Source: Rubripirellula sp.
GTDB taxonomy: Bacteria; Planctomycetota; Planctomycetia; Pirellulales; Pirellulaceae
Assembly (NCBI GenBank): GCA_965216875.1
Contig: OZ244207.1
Span: 3,680,001 to 3,744,000, forward strand
DNA length: 64,000 bases
Direction: 5' to 3'
This document shows positions 49,801-57,955 of the stretch, piece by piece (within the stretch, counting starts at the first letter, position 1; every line of letters starts with the position of its first letter). The translations under genes and the position numbers were made by a program. The notes under the pieces were generated by a model, which worked only from the letters and a program-made list of their open reading frames with translations, did no database searches and was not told the origin of the DNA.

Positions 49801-51668
49801 ACCCGATGACCGAAAACCACATGGGCGACCTTCCGGCGACGAAGGGTCATGAGTGGATTGCTTTCGGCGACCCGAACTCGCCTCGCATGCTCGTGCTCAC
49901 AAGCGATTCAGATGATTCGCACCCGGACCGTTTCTATCAGATGGAAGAAAAGATGACGGTGTTCGGCTTCGGACGAGCGGGAATGACGAAGCATCTTGCA
50001 ACGGTCCCCCAAAGCTTCTCGATCGCATTGGTCGAATCGACCAAGCACTCCGATGCGATTGCGTTTGTCAGCCGGAACACGGCAGCTGCAACCGACAACA
50101 CCAGTGGCATAGCCGATCAAGAAGCGAACGCAAACCGCCTGGCAAAGCTCGCGCTCAGTCGAACGGGCAGCCCCCAAAGGGGCGCAAAACTGTTCGCCGA
50201 CAAACGAACCAAATGTGCAACCTGTCATCGCGTCGGAAAGGTTGGCGGTCAAGTTGGACCAGACCTTAGCAACATTGGTGGCAAATTCGACCGAACACAT
50301 TTGATCGATTCGCTACTGTTCCCCTCGCGTCAAATTGGATACGGCTATGAAACCACGACTGTGCTCACTGTCGACGGCCAGAGTATCAGTGGCATCGCCA
50401 AGGAACAAACCGAGACCCACATCACGTTGGTCGATGCAAACAACAAGCCGGTACGTATTGCGAAGCAATCGATCGAACGCACGAGAGTCTCAAAGACTTC
50501 GATCATGCCAAGCGGATTGGAACAAGAACTTTCTGAGCAAGAGTTCGTTGATTTGGTCAGCTACTTGGAAACACTGGGACGCGGCAACGGAAAGTTTGGC
50601 AGCGGAGTCACCGGCCCAGTGAAATTGCCAGAGGGTTTCGAGTTGACGACCATCGCCACCGGACTCTCAGGGGCCGTTGCAATGGATGTTGCCCCGGATG
50701 GACGCATCTTCGTGTGCGAACAGGGCGGTGCATTGCGCGTGATCGACCCCGTGAAGGGTCTCTTGCCCGATCCCGTTGTCACGATCCCTGTCGAAATGAA
50801 TTGGGAACGCGGGCTGATCGGAGTCACGTTCGCGGACGATTTTGCTGAGAACCCTTATGTCTACGTCGTCTATGTCGCCAGCCAACCGCATACACACCAT
50901 CGCATCAGCCGCTTTCGCGTCGACGGCAATGCCGCGGTGAAGGGCAGCGAAGAGATTCTTTTTCGTGGCGATGACCAGAGTCAATTTGGTGGCAACGTTC
51001 CAGCTGGACACCAGGGCGGAGGAATCCATTTCGGCCCCGACGGAAAACTGTACGTCGGGCTGGGTGAACAAACGGCCGGAAAACCAGCTCAGCAATTCGA
51101 TGCCCTGCAAGGCAAGATCCTTCGAATCAACCGCGACGGCTCGATCCCCAACGACAATCCGTTCCAAAGCAAAACGAAGGGGAAATACAAGTCCATTTGG
51201 GCGACCGGTTGTCGTAACCCCTTCACCTTTGCATTCAGCAGGTCTGGGGACATGTTGATCAACGACGTTGGCGGAAAATTCGAAGAGATCAACCGAGGCG
51301 TTGCGGGGGCCAATTACGGATGGCCAAACGTCGACCACGGCCCGACCAATCGCAAAGGGATCACGGCGCCGATTCATAGCTACCCGCAAAGCTGCATCAA
51401 TGGCGGTGACTTCTGTGGCTCGGACCGCTGGCCCGAATCTTTCCAGGGCAAATACTTCTTTGCAGACTTCAATCAAGGCTGGGTTAAAACGATCGATCCG
51501 CGATCCCCGAATCCGTCCCGCGATTTCCTAAGTGGGATTCGTCGCCCGGTCGACTTGCGATTCAGTCCCGACGGCGGCCTGTATGTCTTGTTGCGAAACG
51601 CCTGGGTCGTTGACAAGAACTTCGAAGGGGGTACGGGTGCCGTTGTGAGAATCTCGCCAACGCGTTGA
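46848..51668 (+). CDS. Multidomain exported protein: serine hydrolase (beta-lactamase fold) + beta-sandwich modules + heme c domain + PQQ-dependent glucose/sorbosone dehydrogenase
   Basis: FRIASMTK, LLTHRSG, WGG; CATCH..GPDLS; ERGLIG, HQGGGIHFGPDGKLY, G.RNPF, GANYGWP. Confidence 0.85.
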   Translation: MCRYVVIALISIALPSTLIGQTTPPAEIGLSASRLDNITEYLQRQCNEGRVAGAVAAVSRYGRIGYLQAVGKHDLATNAPMHTDSLFRIASMTKAITSAAVMSLVEDDAISLDDPLSKHLPEFAHLRLLDGSKLTRQPTIHDLLTHRSGLTYGWFGPEELDAIYGRDRINHLFEPTPETIGDRVEKIADVPLKFQPGTAWDYGVSTDVLGRVVEVASGLTLEQFFRERFFRPLKMLDTYFYVPTEKQQRLAGLYTLDDDQRLVAVGDEPIEVGFFRFSADYCTRPGKFYSGGGGLVSSTNDYLRFLHMLLRGGELDGVRVLKRETVSMMTQNQIGDLSIYFPGHGDGFGFGFGVVTDRGADADELSVGSYSWGGIFNTYFWVDPQEQLVGLLMTQVFPNDHLGIRDGFRKRVYSAIDDSGFEKLYHYQPGDEHANPHFNGRQLRVNAAEVSVHPDFAARSEPRSSGMARILIEEDLRTLRRADLDLEVWGGHPGTANKRVTINGRSTHAFPDVGTAHHNCTHEYPSFNLRPIDLVNGYNSLQFACDTGETFWGHYIVDDATLRIGLQPDDPRLKEAELESFGARVTVLPFADRDGYALKLDVTDRFRDRIADVRFEARCFDYDHDGDGWRNDWRPLASSVAPTSAVAKFGQEGRALAFSTELLPAQQRVQFRAFVTFKDTPDIRYRTPATHAHTIAAREGERVQLFEASDLPSPFWSRDSNAKECVIELDVDPQSITAAQLHVVAWTGGAGNVADYFTLNGKPLPIADGHDHQTVYSRITIDPALLRRGKNEIRLLSDTKHHGIEIMLPGPALMVRHTTSPATEESAGVSIDNDKIHSLDCYRIKTPTATYYLDKIGAGLAALVDRDGKDWLSFNPKRGSGAGGEYRGFPNAVFKEAGSYFHARNAGTAPCSTTIIEDSPNRVVIGAKADNGKWAGKYVFTPTECTFVMTQKPPHHNYWVLYEGTPGGTYNHDDWWMTATDATKHPMTENHMGDLPATKGHEWIAFGDPNSPRMLVLTSDSDDSHPDRFYQMEEKMTVFGFGRAGMTKHLATVPQSFSIALVESTKHSDAIAFVSRNTAAATDNTSGIADQEANANRLAKLALSRTGSPQRGAKLFADKRTKCATCHRVGKVGGQVGPDLSNIGGKFDRTHLIDSLLFPSRQIGYGYETTTVLTVDGQSISGIAKEQTETHITLVDANNKPVRIAKQSIERTRVSKTSIMPSGLEQELSEQEFVDLVSYLETLGRGNGKFGSGVTGPVKLPEGFELTTIATGLSGAVAMDVAPDGRIFVCEQGGALRVIDPVKGLLPDPVVTIPVEMNWERGLIGVTFADDFAENPYVYVVYVASQPHTHHRISRFRVDGNAAVKGSEEILFRGDDQSQFGGNVPAGHQGGGIHFGPDGKLYVGLGEQTAGKPAQQFDALQGKILRINRDGSIPNDNPFQSKTKGKYKSIWATGCRNPFTFAFSRSGDMLINDVGGKFEEINRGVAGANYGWPNVDHGPTNRKGITAPIHSYPQSCINGGDFCGSDRWPESFQGKYFFADFNQGWVKTIDPRSPNPSRDFLSGIRRPVDLRFSPDGGLYVLLRNAWVVDKNFEGGTGAVVRISPTR

Positions 51669-51766
51669 CGGCAGACGACGTGAATATCCAGTAGATTATT
51701 GAGTGCTTTTTGAACGGACCCACCATCGCGTTTGGTCCGCACCTTTTCTCTGGTCATTCACAAACG

Positions 51767-53290
51767 ATGAAAAACTGCGTACGAGTTTCACTTTGTCTAG
51801 TTCTCTTGGCTTCATTCGGCATCCCGGCCAAAGCGCAGGATAACTTTCGATACCAACCCGATTGGGATTCAATCCGCAGCCGCTACAAATGCCCTGAGTG
51901 GTTTCGAGACGCAAAATTTGGCATTTTCGTTTTTTGGGGTCCAGCTTCGGTCCCCCAAGTCGCAAATGAGAAGTACGGCGCGTGGATGTACACAAAGGAC
52001 TATGCGCCTGCCGGCGTTCAAGTTCGAAAGTACCACGAACGTCACTTCGGTCATCAATCCAAGTTTGGCTACAAGGACTTCTTTCCTCGCTTCAAGATGG
52101 AGAAATATGATCCTGAAGCTTGGGTCGACCTGTTTGTAGAGTCGGGTGCTCGATACATCGTGCCCGTCGCCGAGATGCATGATGGGTACGCCATGTATGC
52201 CTCAAAGCACACGCGTTGGAACGTTGTCGATGTTGGTCCCAAACGCGACGTGATGCGAACGCTCGTGGACGCCGCGCGCGAGCGTGACTTGAAGGTTGGC
52301 GTATCCTCACACTACGCCCTCAATCGAGAGTTTTACCCCAAGTGGGACCCTACGTTTGATACCAACGACCCTGAATACAACGACCTGTACTGGAAACCGG
52401 TCGATCCCAAGGCATTGCCCACTCAAGAATTCCTCGACCACTGGTGGGACCGCACAACGGATATGGTCGAGCAGTACCAGCCCGACATTCTCTGGTTCGA
52501 CTTTGGCCTCGACAAACCCGGTTTTGAATCGGTGCACAAAAAGATCATGGCGTACTACTACAACAAAGGGTTGGAGTGGAACAAAGGAGTCGTGTTTCAA
52601 GACAAGAACATGCGCAACGAGTCCTTTCCCGAGGACTTAATGGTTCTTGATATTGAACGTGGTCGCCGCAGCGACACGAGCGAGCATCCCTGGCAAACCG
52701 ATACGGCCGTCGGCAAGATCTCATGGACGTGGGTCGTCAACGAAAACTACAAGTCCTCGGACTTCCTAATTGACGAGTTGGTCGACATCGTCAGCAAGAA
52801 TGGATGCCTGTTGCTTTCGGTGGGCCCCAAACCAGACGGGACGATTGGAGAAAACGAAACGAGGATCCTGAAAGACTTTGGCCAGTGGCTCGATATCAAC
52901 GGCGAAGTGATCTATGAAACACGTCCATGGAAGATTCATGGCGAAGGACCGGCGACGTTTGCAGAAGGAAAAACCAGGTTCAAGAACAAGCATCACACCG
53001 AATACGATGATGTCGAATCGGTTGCAGCTGACGTCCGCTTCACCAGCAACGGCGACACTCTGTATGCAACCTCGCTTGGTTGGCCCGACGATGGCACTTT
53101 TTCGATCGAGTCGCTTCGACAGGGCAACCCCTACGAGTCTCGAAAGATTGATACGGTCGAGTTCATCAGCGGCTCAAACGGCATCGAATGGGAACAGACC
53201 GATCAGGCGCTTGTCATCAAAACGGACGGAAAACCACCTTGCGAGGCGGCCTACGCTTTTCGAATCCGATTCGCCGGTGATGCGCAGTAA
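51767..53290 (+). CDS. Alpha-L-fucosidase (GH29)
   Basis: PEWFRDAKFGIF, AEMHDGY, ILWFD nucleophile, DIERG, DIVSKNG.LLL.VGP; signal peptide from MKNC. Confidence 0.92.
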   Translation: MKNCVRVSLCLVLLASFGIPAKAQDNFRYQPDWDSIRSRYKCPEWFRDAKFGIFVFWGPASVPQVANEKYGAWMYTKDYAPAGVQVRKYHERHFGHQSKFGYKDFFPRFKMEKYDPEAWVDLFVESGARYIVPVAEMHDGYAMYASKHTRWNVVDVGPKRDVMRTLVDAARERDLKVGVSSHYALNREFYPKWDPTFDTNDPEYNDLYWKPVDPKALPTQEFLDHWWDRTTDMVEQYQPDILWFDFGLDKPGFESVHKKIMAYYYNKGLEWNKGVVFQDKNMRNESFPEDLMVLDIERGRRSDTSEHPWQTDTAVGKISWTWVVNENYKSSDFLIDELVDIVSKNGCLLLSVGPKPDGTIGENETRILKDFGQWLDINGEVIYETRPWKIHGEGPATFAEGKTRFKNKHHTEYDDVESVAADVRFTSNGDTLYATSLGWPDDGTFSIESLRQGNPYESRKIDTVEFISGSNGIEWEQTDQALVIKTDGKPPCEAAYAFRIRFAGDAQ

Positions 53291-53388
53291 CCATCGCTGG
53301 GGCACCGAACCACTCAATTGTTTTCGTACTCTAAAAAGGGTGCGATGCGCATGACCCGTGTTGTTCCCTTCTGCGGTGCCCGCTTGCC

Positions 53389-53718
53389 ATGAATCCGTCA
53401 GACATTCCAGCCCTCGGTCGCTTGGTCGACGACACAGAGAGACGACGCGACGCTGTGCATGTCGCGATCGCACCTGTCACTGCGGCACAACCGCTGCGCC
53501 CTGGTCAACACGTTGGACTCATCGAAGAAGGCAACACCGAACTCGTTGGCCCTTCGGAGAGTCCTATCGGAATCGTCGATCCCTTTCTGACCGACGAGAT
53601 TCGCTCGGGCCAGAGAATCTGGTTGTTGCTCTATCCCGACTCTGTCACCGGAATGCGACACATTTGGACACATCCAGCCTTCTCAGCTGCCGCTGCCAAA
53701 GCGCGGGTGATGAAATGA
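53389..53718 (+). CDS. Hypothetical protein, phage-like
   Basis: RDAVHVA..PGQHVG..GIVDPFL..WLLLYP..MRHIWTHP, a pattern recalled from phage hypothetical proteins; ATGA-coupled to the next gene. Confidence 0.7.
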   Translation: MNPSDIPALGRLVDDTERRRDAVHVAIAPVTAAQPLRPGQHVGLIEEGNTELVGPSESPIGIVDPFLTDEIRSGQRIWLLLYPDSVTGMRHIWTHPAFSAAAAKARVMK

Positions 53719-54203
53719 CAAGCAACGAAGAAAAAGCCTTTCTCTCAGCGATCGACGCTGAACCGAACAACTACCAGTTACGTTACATCTACGCCGACTG
53801 GCTTGACGAAAATGGCGACCACGAGGAAGCCGATCGTCAGAGAAAGTACGAACACTCGCTGATGCGACTGCGACAAATCGCGATTGACAATGAATTGGGC
53901 TGGGTCGAAACGCTCGAGAGTCTCGAAAGGGCAGAGGAGAGTCCCGACGGCTATGAGCGTTGGGAGCAGGGATACGTACGAAAAGAAGATGACCAATACG
54001 CGTACGAGTCCAACCCGCTGGTGCAATTGATCTACTTCCTCGAGCGTCATCTCGACAGCGACAGTTTCTACTTGCCCTTCGAAACACCGTATGGGTTTCA
54101 ATACAGCGAAGAAATGTGGCAGTGCTATGAAATCGTGACAGGAAAACCGTCGCCTAGGAATGAGTACCGCAGCGAGATGCCTCCCTTTCGCTGCTCCTGC
54201 TAA
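53715..54203 (+). CDS. TIGR02996 domain-containing protein
   Basis: EKAFLSAIDAEPNNYQLRYIYADWLDENGD..A; C-terminal FRCSC; start ATG 53715. Confidence 0.85.
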   Translation: MTSNEEKAFLSAIDAEPNNYQLRYIYADWLDENGDHEEADRQRKYEHSLMRLRQIAIDNELGWVETLESLERAEESPDGYERWEQGYVRKEDDQYAYESNPLVQLIYFLERHLDSDSFYLPFETPYGFQYSEEMWQCYEIVTGKPSPRNEYRSEMPPFRCSC

Positions 54204-54284
54204 GAGGGCGCAGCGGATGGGGTAACGAATCCCGCCGCGTGTAAAAAGCGCGTCTAGCCGCCCGTGTTGTCACAATCCAAGAAA

Positions 54285-54467
54285 GGCCCGACGCAAGCGT
54301 GTTCGGCTCACAGAAGGTGCACCACGCTCTGGCGAGCGCAGCTACGCTCGGTGCAAGGCCCGGCCGCTCACGCGATCGCGGCTCACAGGCCTCCGCAGCA
54401 AATTTCAGCCGCTGAGCGATCGCTCGCGGTTTGAGATGACGAAAGGACTCGTAGCCTCGTCCACTAC
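54285..54467. repeat. Mosaic cluster of REP-like elements (families A, C, A-variant, D)
   Basis: 54285-54311 (A), 54322-54345 (C), 54357-54386 (A variant), 54445-54467 (D), each matching copies elsewhere in the window. Confidence 0.8.
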
Positions 54468-54484
54468 AGTCCAGCCGGTTCGAT

Positions 54485-55252
54485 CTACTTTGATTCCTTC
54501 AGTGACTCGATCTCTTGCTCAATCTTGTCGAGGCGACTGAGAATCGCATCGAGCTTCTCGGACAGCGATGCGTCGAGTTTTTCCGACGACGACGTGTCGA
54601 TGTCAGCATTCTCGCTCGTCACATTCTTTCGTTTTTGAAGCACACGTTTCCGCAACATCTTGGGCAATCCTTCCAACGCCTCTTCATTGATGTCGACTTC
54701 GCCGATTTTGAATTCTTGCTTTTCGCCGTCAGGTCCGATCACGATCATGCGCCCCCCCGTCGCTTTCACGGAGATTTCACCAGCGGCTCTCATTGCCTTT
54801 TCGACTTGTTTGCGAGCGTCCTCGGGAAGATGTTTGAAGGCTTCTGAAAAGTGAGCGTCGTGGCCGAGTTTGAAGACCTTTTTGTCTCCATCCGCATCAA
54901 TGACAAGTCCTTGGCCAAGCATGACTTTCTTTGACGACAACTTCATCGCCTCTTCAACGCGTTGACGCACCTCCTCGGGGAGCTTTTCGAGGAATTCGTG
55001 CTTGCCTTTGGGGTCACCGAACTTGAATTCTTTTTTCGTGCCGTCGGGCCCAATGATGACAGCCTGCCCCATCACCTTCGTTTCGAGTTTGGGATCGCTC
55101 TTCTTGTCTGATTTCGTTTCGACCTTTTGAACAATGATCTGCGACTTGGTGACCACTGCATTCTCTTTTTCTTCGGCGCCCTCATCAGCCGTTGCGAAAC
55201 CGCTGCAACCGACGACCAAGCCCAATGAAAGATTCAGCAACAAACGTTTCAC
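54485..55252 (-). CDS. Exported protein with three internal repeats and a C-terminal coiled coil
   Basis: Signal peptide; repeats IIGPDGTKKEFK / VIDADGDKKVFK / VIGPDGEKQEFK; probable GTG start 55252. Confidence 0.75.
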   Translation of the reverse strand: MKRLLLNLSLGLVVGCSGFATADEGAEEKENAVVTKSQIIVQKVETKSDKKSDPKLETKVMGQAVIIGPDGTKKEFKFGDPKGKHEFLEKLPEEVRQRVEEAMKLSSKKVMLGQGLVIDADGDKKVFKLGHDAHFSEAFKHLPEDARKQVEKAMRAAGEISVKATGGRMIVIGPDGEKQEFKIGEVDINEEALEGLPKMLRKRVLQKRKNVTSENADIDTSSSEKLDASLSEKLDAILSRLDKIEQEIESLKESK

Positions 55253-55352
55253 AACATTCTCCAAATTGGAAAGTGGATGCGCGCAAGTCGATCTTGCACG
55301 ACAGGGATCGTGTTTTGGTTCGTGGATAAAGCGTCGAGATGCAACTCAAACG

Positions 55353-56006
55353 CTATGGATGATGGGCAACAAAGGAGACATTGCGATGGGGCACAACATA
55401 CTGTTCTCCTTGCTGGCCCTGAATGACGTAGATCACCGGTTCTTCATTGACGGTGTATCCGTGGTCGGCAAAAAAGCCTCTTGATTGCTGGTCAAAAAGC
55501 GGCGCGAACATTCGATCCATGGGATCAAGTCCAACGGTGTCAAAATCACCACCCTCGCCAAACGAATCTCTTGATCCATGCGACTGGACATTCGGGCCCC
55601 GAGATTCTGCGACCTCATTACCCGGACCGTGCGTCAACAAAATCGTGTAGTCCTGATCTCGATCACTCGCTCCCACAGGCTCGAGCGCACCAACACTCGC
55701 ACGGCCGGCCCAAACTGCGGCCCCCATCAGCAGCACAAACATCGCCGCTAGCGAGACCACTTTCGCGATCGGCCAAGCGGTGCGACGGTCTTGCGCTGGG
55801 CTCGCCGGCAACGCCTCAAGTGCTCGCTCGTCAAAAACCGCTGCGAGTTCACTTCGCAACACCTGTTCTTCGACGAATGCCAGAGCGATGTTCCGCCAAT
55901 TCTCGGGGTGGTTCTCGGCCTGCTGCAACAACAGCGCACGTTGCTCGTCCGAAAGACTCCCATCGATCAGTCGCTGCAAACCATGTTGGTCGATAAGGTC
56001 ATTCAT
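55353..56006 (-). CDS. Putative anti-sigma factor
   Basis: LQRLIDGSLS..WRNIALAFVEEQ N-domain and one TM; overlaps the ECF stop codon. Confidence 0.75.
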   Translation of the reverse strand: MNDLIDQHGLQRLIDGSLSDEQRALLLQQAENHPENWRNIALAFVEEQVLRSELAAVFDERALEALPASPAQDRRTAWPIAKVVSLAAMFVLLMGAAVWAGRASVGALEPVGASDRDQDYTILLTHGPGNEVAESRGPNVQSHGSRDSFGEGGDFDTVGLDPMDRMFAPLFDQQSRGFFADHGYTVNEEPVIYVIQGQQGEQYVVPHRNVSFVAHHP

Positions 56007-56526
56007 ATTCACTCCCATCGATTCGTCGCAACTCATTTCGCAAGAGCCGCTTCGCGCAAGTGAGCCGGTACTCGACCGCTCGCTCGCCCAGATCATACCT
56101 CTGGCTAATTTGTTTGTAGGTCCAATTCCGCACGTACTTCAGTAATAGGATTTCTCGATCCGTCGGCGGCAACTGATTCATCGCGGTCGTCAGCAGGTGA
56201 CGCTTTTCCGTTCTGAGAATCCAATCAACATCATCGCCGACCGGTTCGTCGGCATCCGTCCATGGCTCGCCACTCGAGCATTGCTGGCGATACTGACGCC
56301 GAAAATGATCGGCAACACGTCGCACCACCGCCTGATACAACCACCCGCGCAGGTTCGCATTGTCTTCAAGAGACGGGTCCTGCCGAACGACCGACAGGAT
56401 GATGTCCTGAACGACATCTTCCGCGGCATGCGGGTCATCGAGTCGATCGAGCGCAACCCGCACCATCCACTCGCGGTGGAGCGGCAATTCCGCTTCCCAA
56501 TCGATCGTCCGTGTTGAGGTACTCAT
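55999..56526 (-). CDS. ECF RNA polymerase sigma factor
   Basis: AEDVVQD, WLYQAV, LP..DREILLLKY..WTYKQIS, VEYRL..AK. Confidence 0.92.
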   Translation of the reverse strand: MSTSTRTIDWEAELPLHREWMVRVALDRLDDPHAAEDVVQDIILSVVRQDPSLEDNANLRGWLYQAVVRRVADHFRRQYRQQCSSGEPWTDADEPVGDDVDWILRTEKRHLLTTAMNQLPPTDREILLLKYVRNWTYKQISQRYDLGERAVEYRLTCAKRLLRNELRRIDGSEYE

Positions 56527-56627
56527 GGCGTTCTAACGTGATAGTCGTTTCACAAACGCCGGTCCCCAACGAATTCTCGAAAAAACCAAAAAGTTCCCGT
56601 TTCCCTCGTGAATTCGGGACGAAATGG

Positions 56628-56933
56628 TCAATCATCGGCAGCTGCCGCCACCTGCATACAGCGCAGCACAAGATCACAAACGCGCCCAAAACGCGGGCGT
56701 TTGAGATCGGCATCGAAGAGCAAGTATTCCGATCGATCGAGTACTTGTCGGCCAGCTAGCCAGTAAGCAGTCAGGCGATGATGCCCGTCGTTCACTTGAC
56801 AGTACCCGCGTTGATCGACCGCGATCTCGATCCGAGGAAGAGGATCGCCTTCCTCGATCGATTGAATCATGGACTGAAGTTGGTTGACATTTCGCAGCTT
56901 ACGCTGAGAGACAAAGAGTTCGTTGATTTGCAT
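56628..56933 (-). CDS. Small stand-alone ParB/Srx N-terminal domain protein
   Basis: VNDGHHRL motif; GGAGG RBS upstream; 101 aa. Confidence 0.75.
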   Translation of the reverse strand: MQINELFVSQRKLRNVNQLQSMIQSIEEGDPLPRIEIAVDQRGYCQVNDGHHRLTAYWLAGRQVLDRSEYLLFDADLKRPRFGRVCDLVLRCMQVAAAADD

Positions 56934-57199
56934 TGGTACACCTCCGGGCGAAAGCCGAAGGAGGACCAGCGCGAACTCGTTTCGAGGTGTGGGCGGGAAA
57001 CATGATCTTCAACACACTACTGGGGAATGCGGTAATGGTGGCACATCGTGTGGACCAGAAGACACCAATCGCAGTTGGCGGTTCGCGCAGACAAACAGAA
57101 TGCGAATCGAGAGAAGATGCGTCCTAAAAACAACAGCACCGCACGACGTGGGCCGCCACCAAGCGAGACGGCCAGCAGTGTTCAGAAAGAAGTCCCGAG

Positions 57200-57781
57200 C
57201 TAGGCCTCGTTGCCCGACCGGCGCCGTCGATGCAGGTACCAACACCCACAGGCGACAACGCAAAACGCAAACATCGATGGCTCAGGAACGGCTGCAACGG
57301 TGACGACATCGGCAACCGACTGTGTCGCATTGCTCGCGCTCACCGGGATTGCGTTCAACTGAGTCTCGTCGAAATTCGCGCTGAACGGAGGAATGATGGC
57401 AATGCCCCATCCCGGTGTGGATTGAGGGTTTCCTGCGGGACCGTTTTGCCATGTGATTTGGTCACGATTCTGCTGAGCAAGAAAGCCCCAGTTGGAGCCA
57501 ATAGTTCCATCCCAGTCGTCAGGAACGTCAAAAGGCGCCATCGTGTCATCAACTGCAACCCAGGGCAGCATGCCACTAAGGACTGGCACGAAGTGTGTGT
57601 TGCCACCGGGGTTCTCTTCCCAAGTCAAAAAGGTGAGCTGGTCGGTCCCCGTATCGACGCGCGCCGTGAAATGAACACCATCGAAATCGTTGAAGTCGAT
57701 ATGGAACACCGTCGCTGCGAAGGTGCTCGTGGAAGAGAGGCCTAAGAAGAAGAGTGTTGAAAGCGTCACAAAACGGTTCAT
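57200..57781 (-). CDS. PEP-CTERM sorting domain protein
   Basis: Signal peptide; C-terminal AVPEPS, hydrophobic stretch and RRRR. Confidence 0.88.
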   Translation of the reverse strand: MNRFVTLSTLFFLGLSSTSTFAATVFHIDFNDFDGVHFTARVDTGTDQLTFLTWEENPGGNTHFVPVLSGMLPWVAVDDTMAPFDVPDDWDGTIGSNWGFLAQQNRDQITWQNGPAGNPQSTPGWGIAIIPPFSANFDETQLNAIPVSASNATQSVADVVTVAAVPEPSMFAFCVVACGCWYLHRRRRSGNEA

Positions 57782-57955
57782 GTTCTCACCCCGAACTCAA
57801 GGTTCACTCGGTCAACAACACCACTTGCCACACTAACGAAAGGACGAGCCTCACTGGGAGAAAAATTCTCCCCACCGAGAATTTTCACCCAAGTTTGTCA
57901 GGCCTATCTGGAAGGGTGTGCGCGATGCATTTGAACACCATTTGCCGGCTGAGAG

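Noticed and set aside
53389..56933. Prophage
   Set aside because: No integrase, terminase, structural genes or att repeats; only isolated phage-like ORFs among host-type genes
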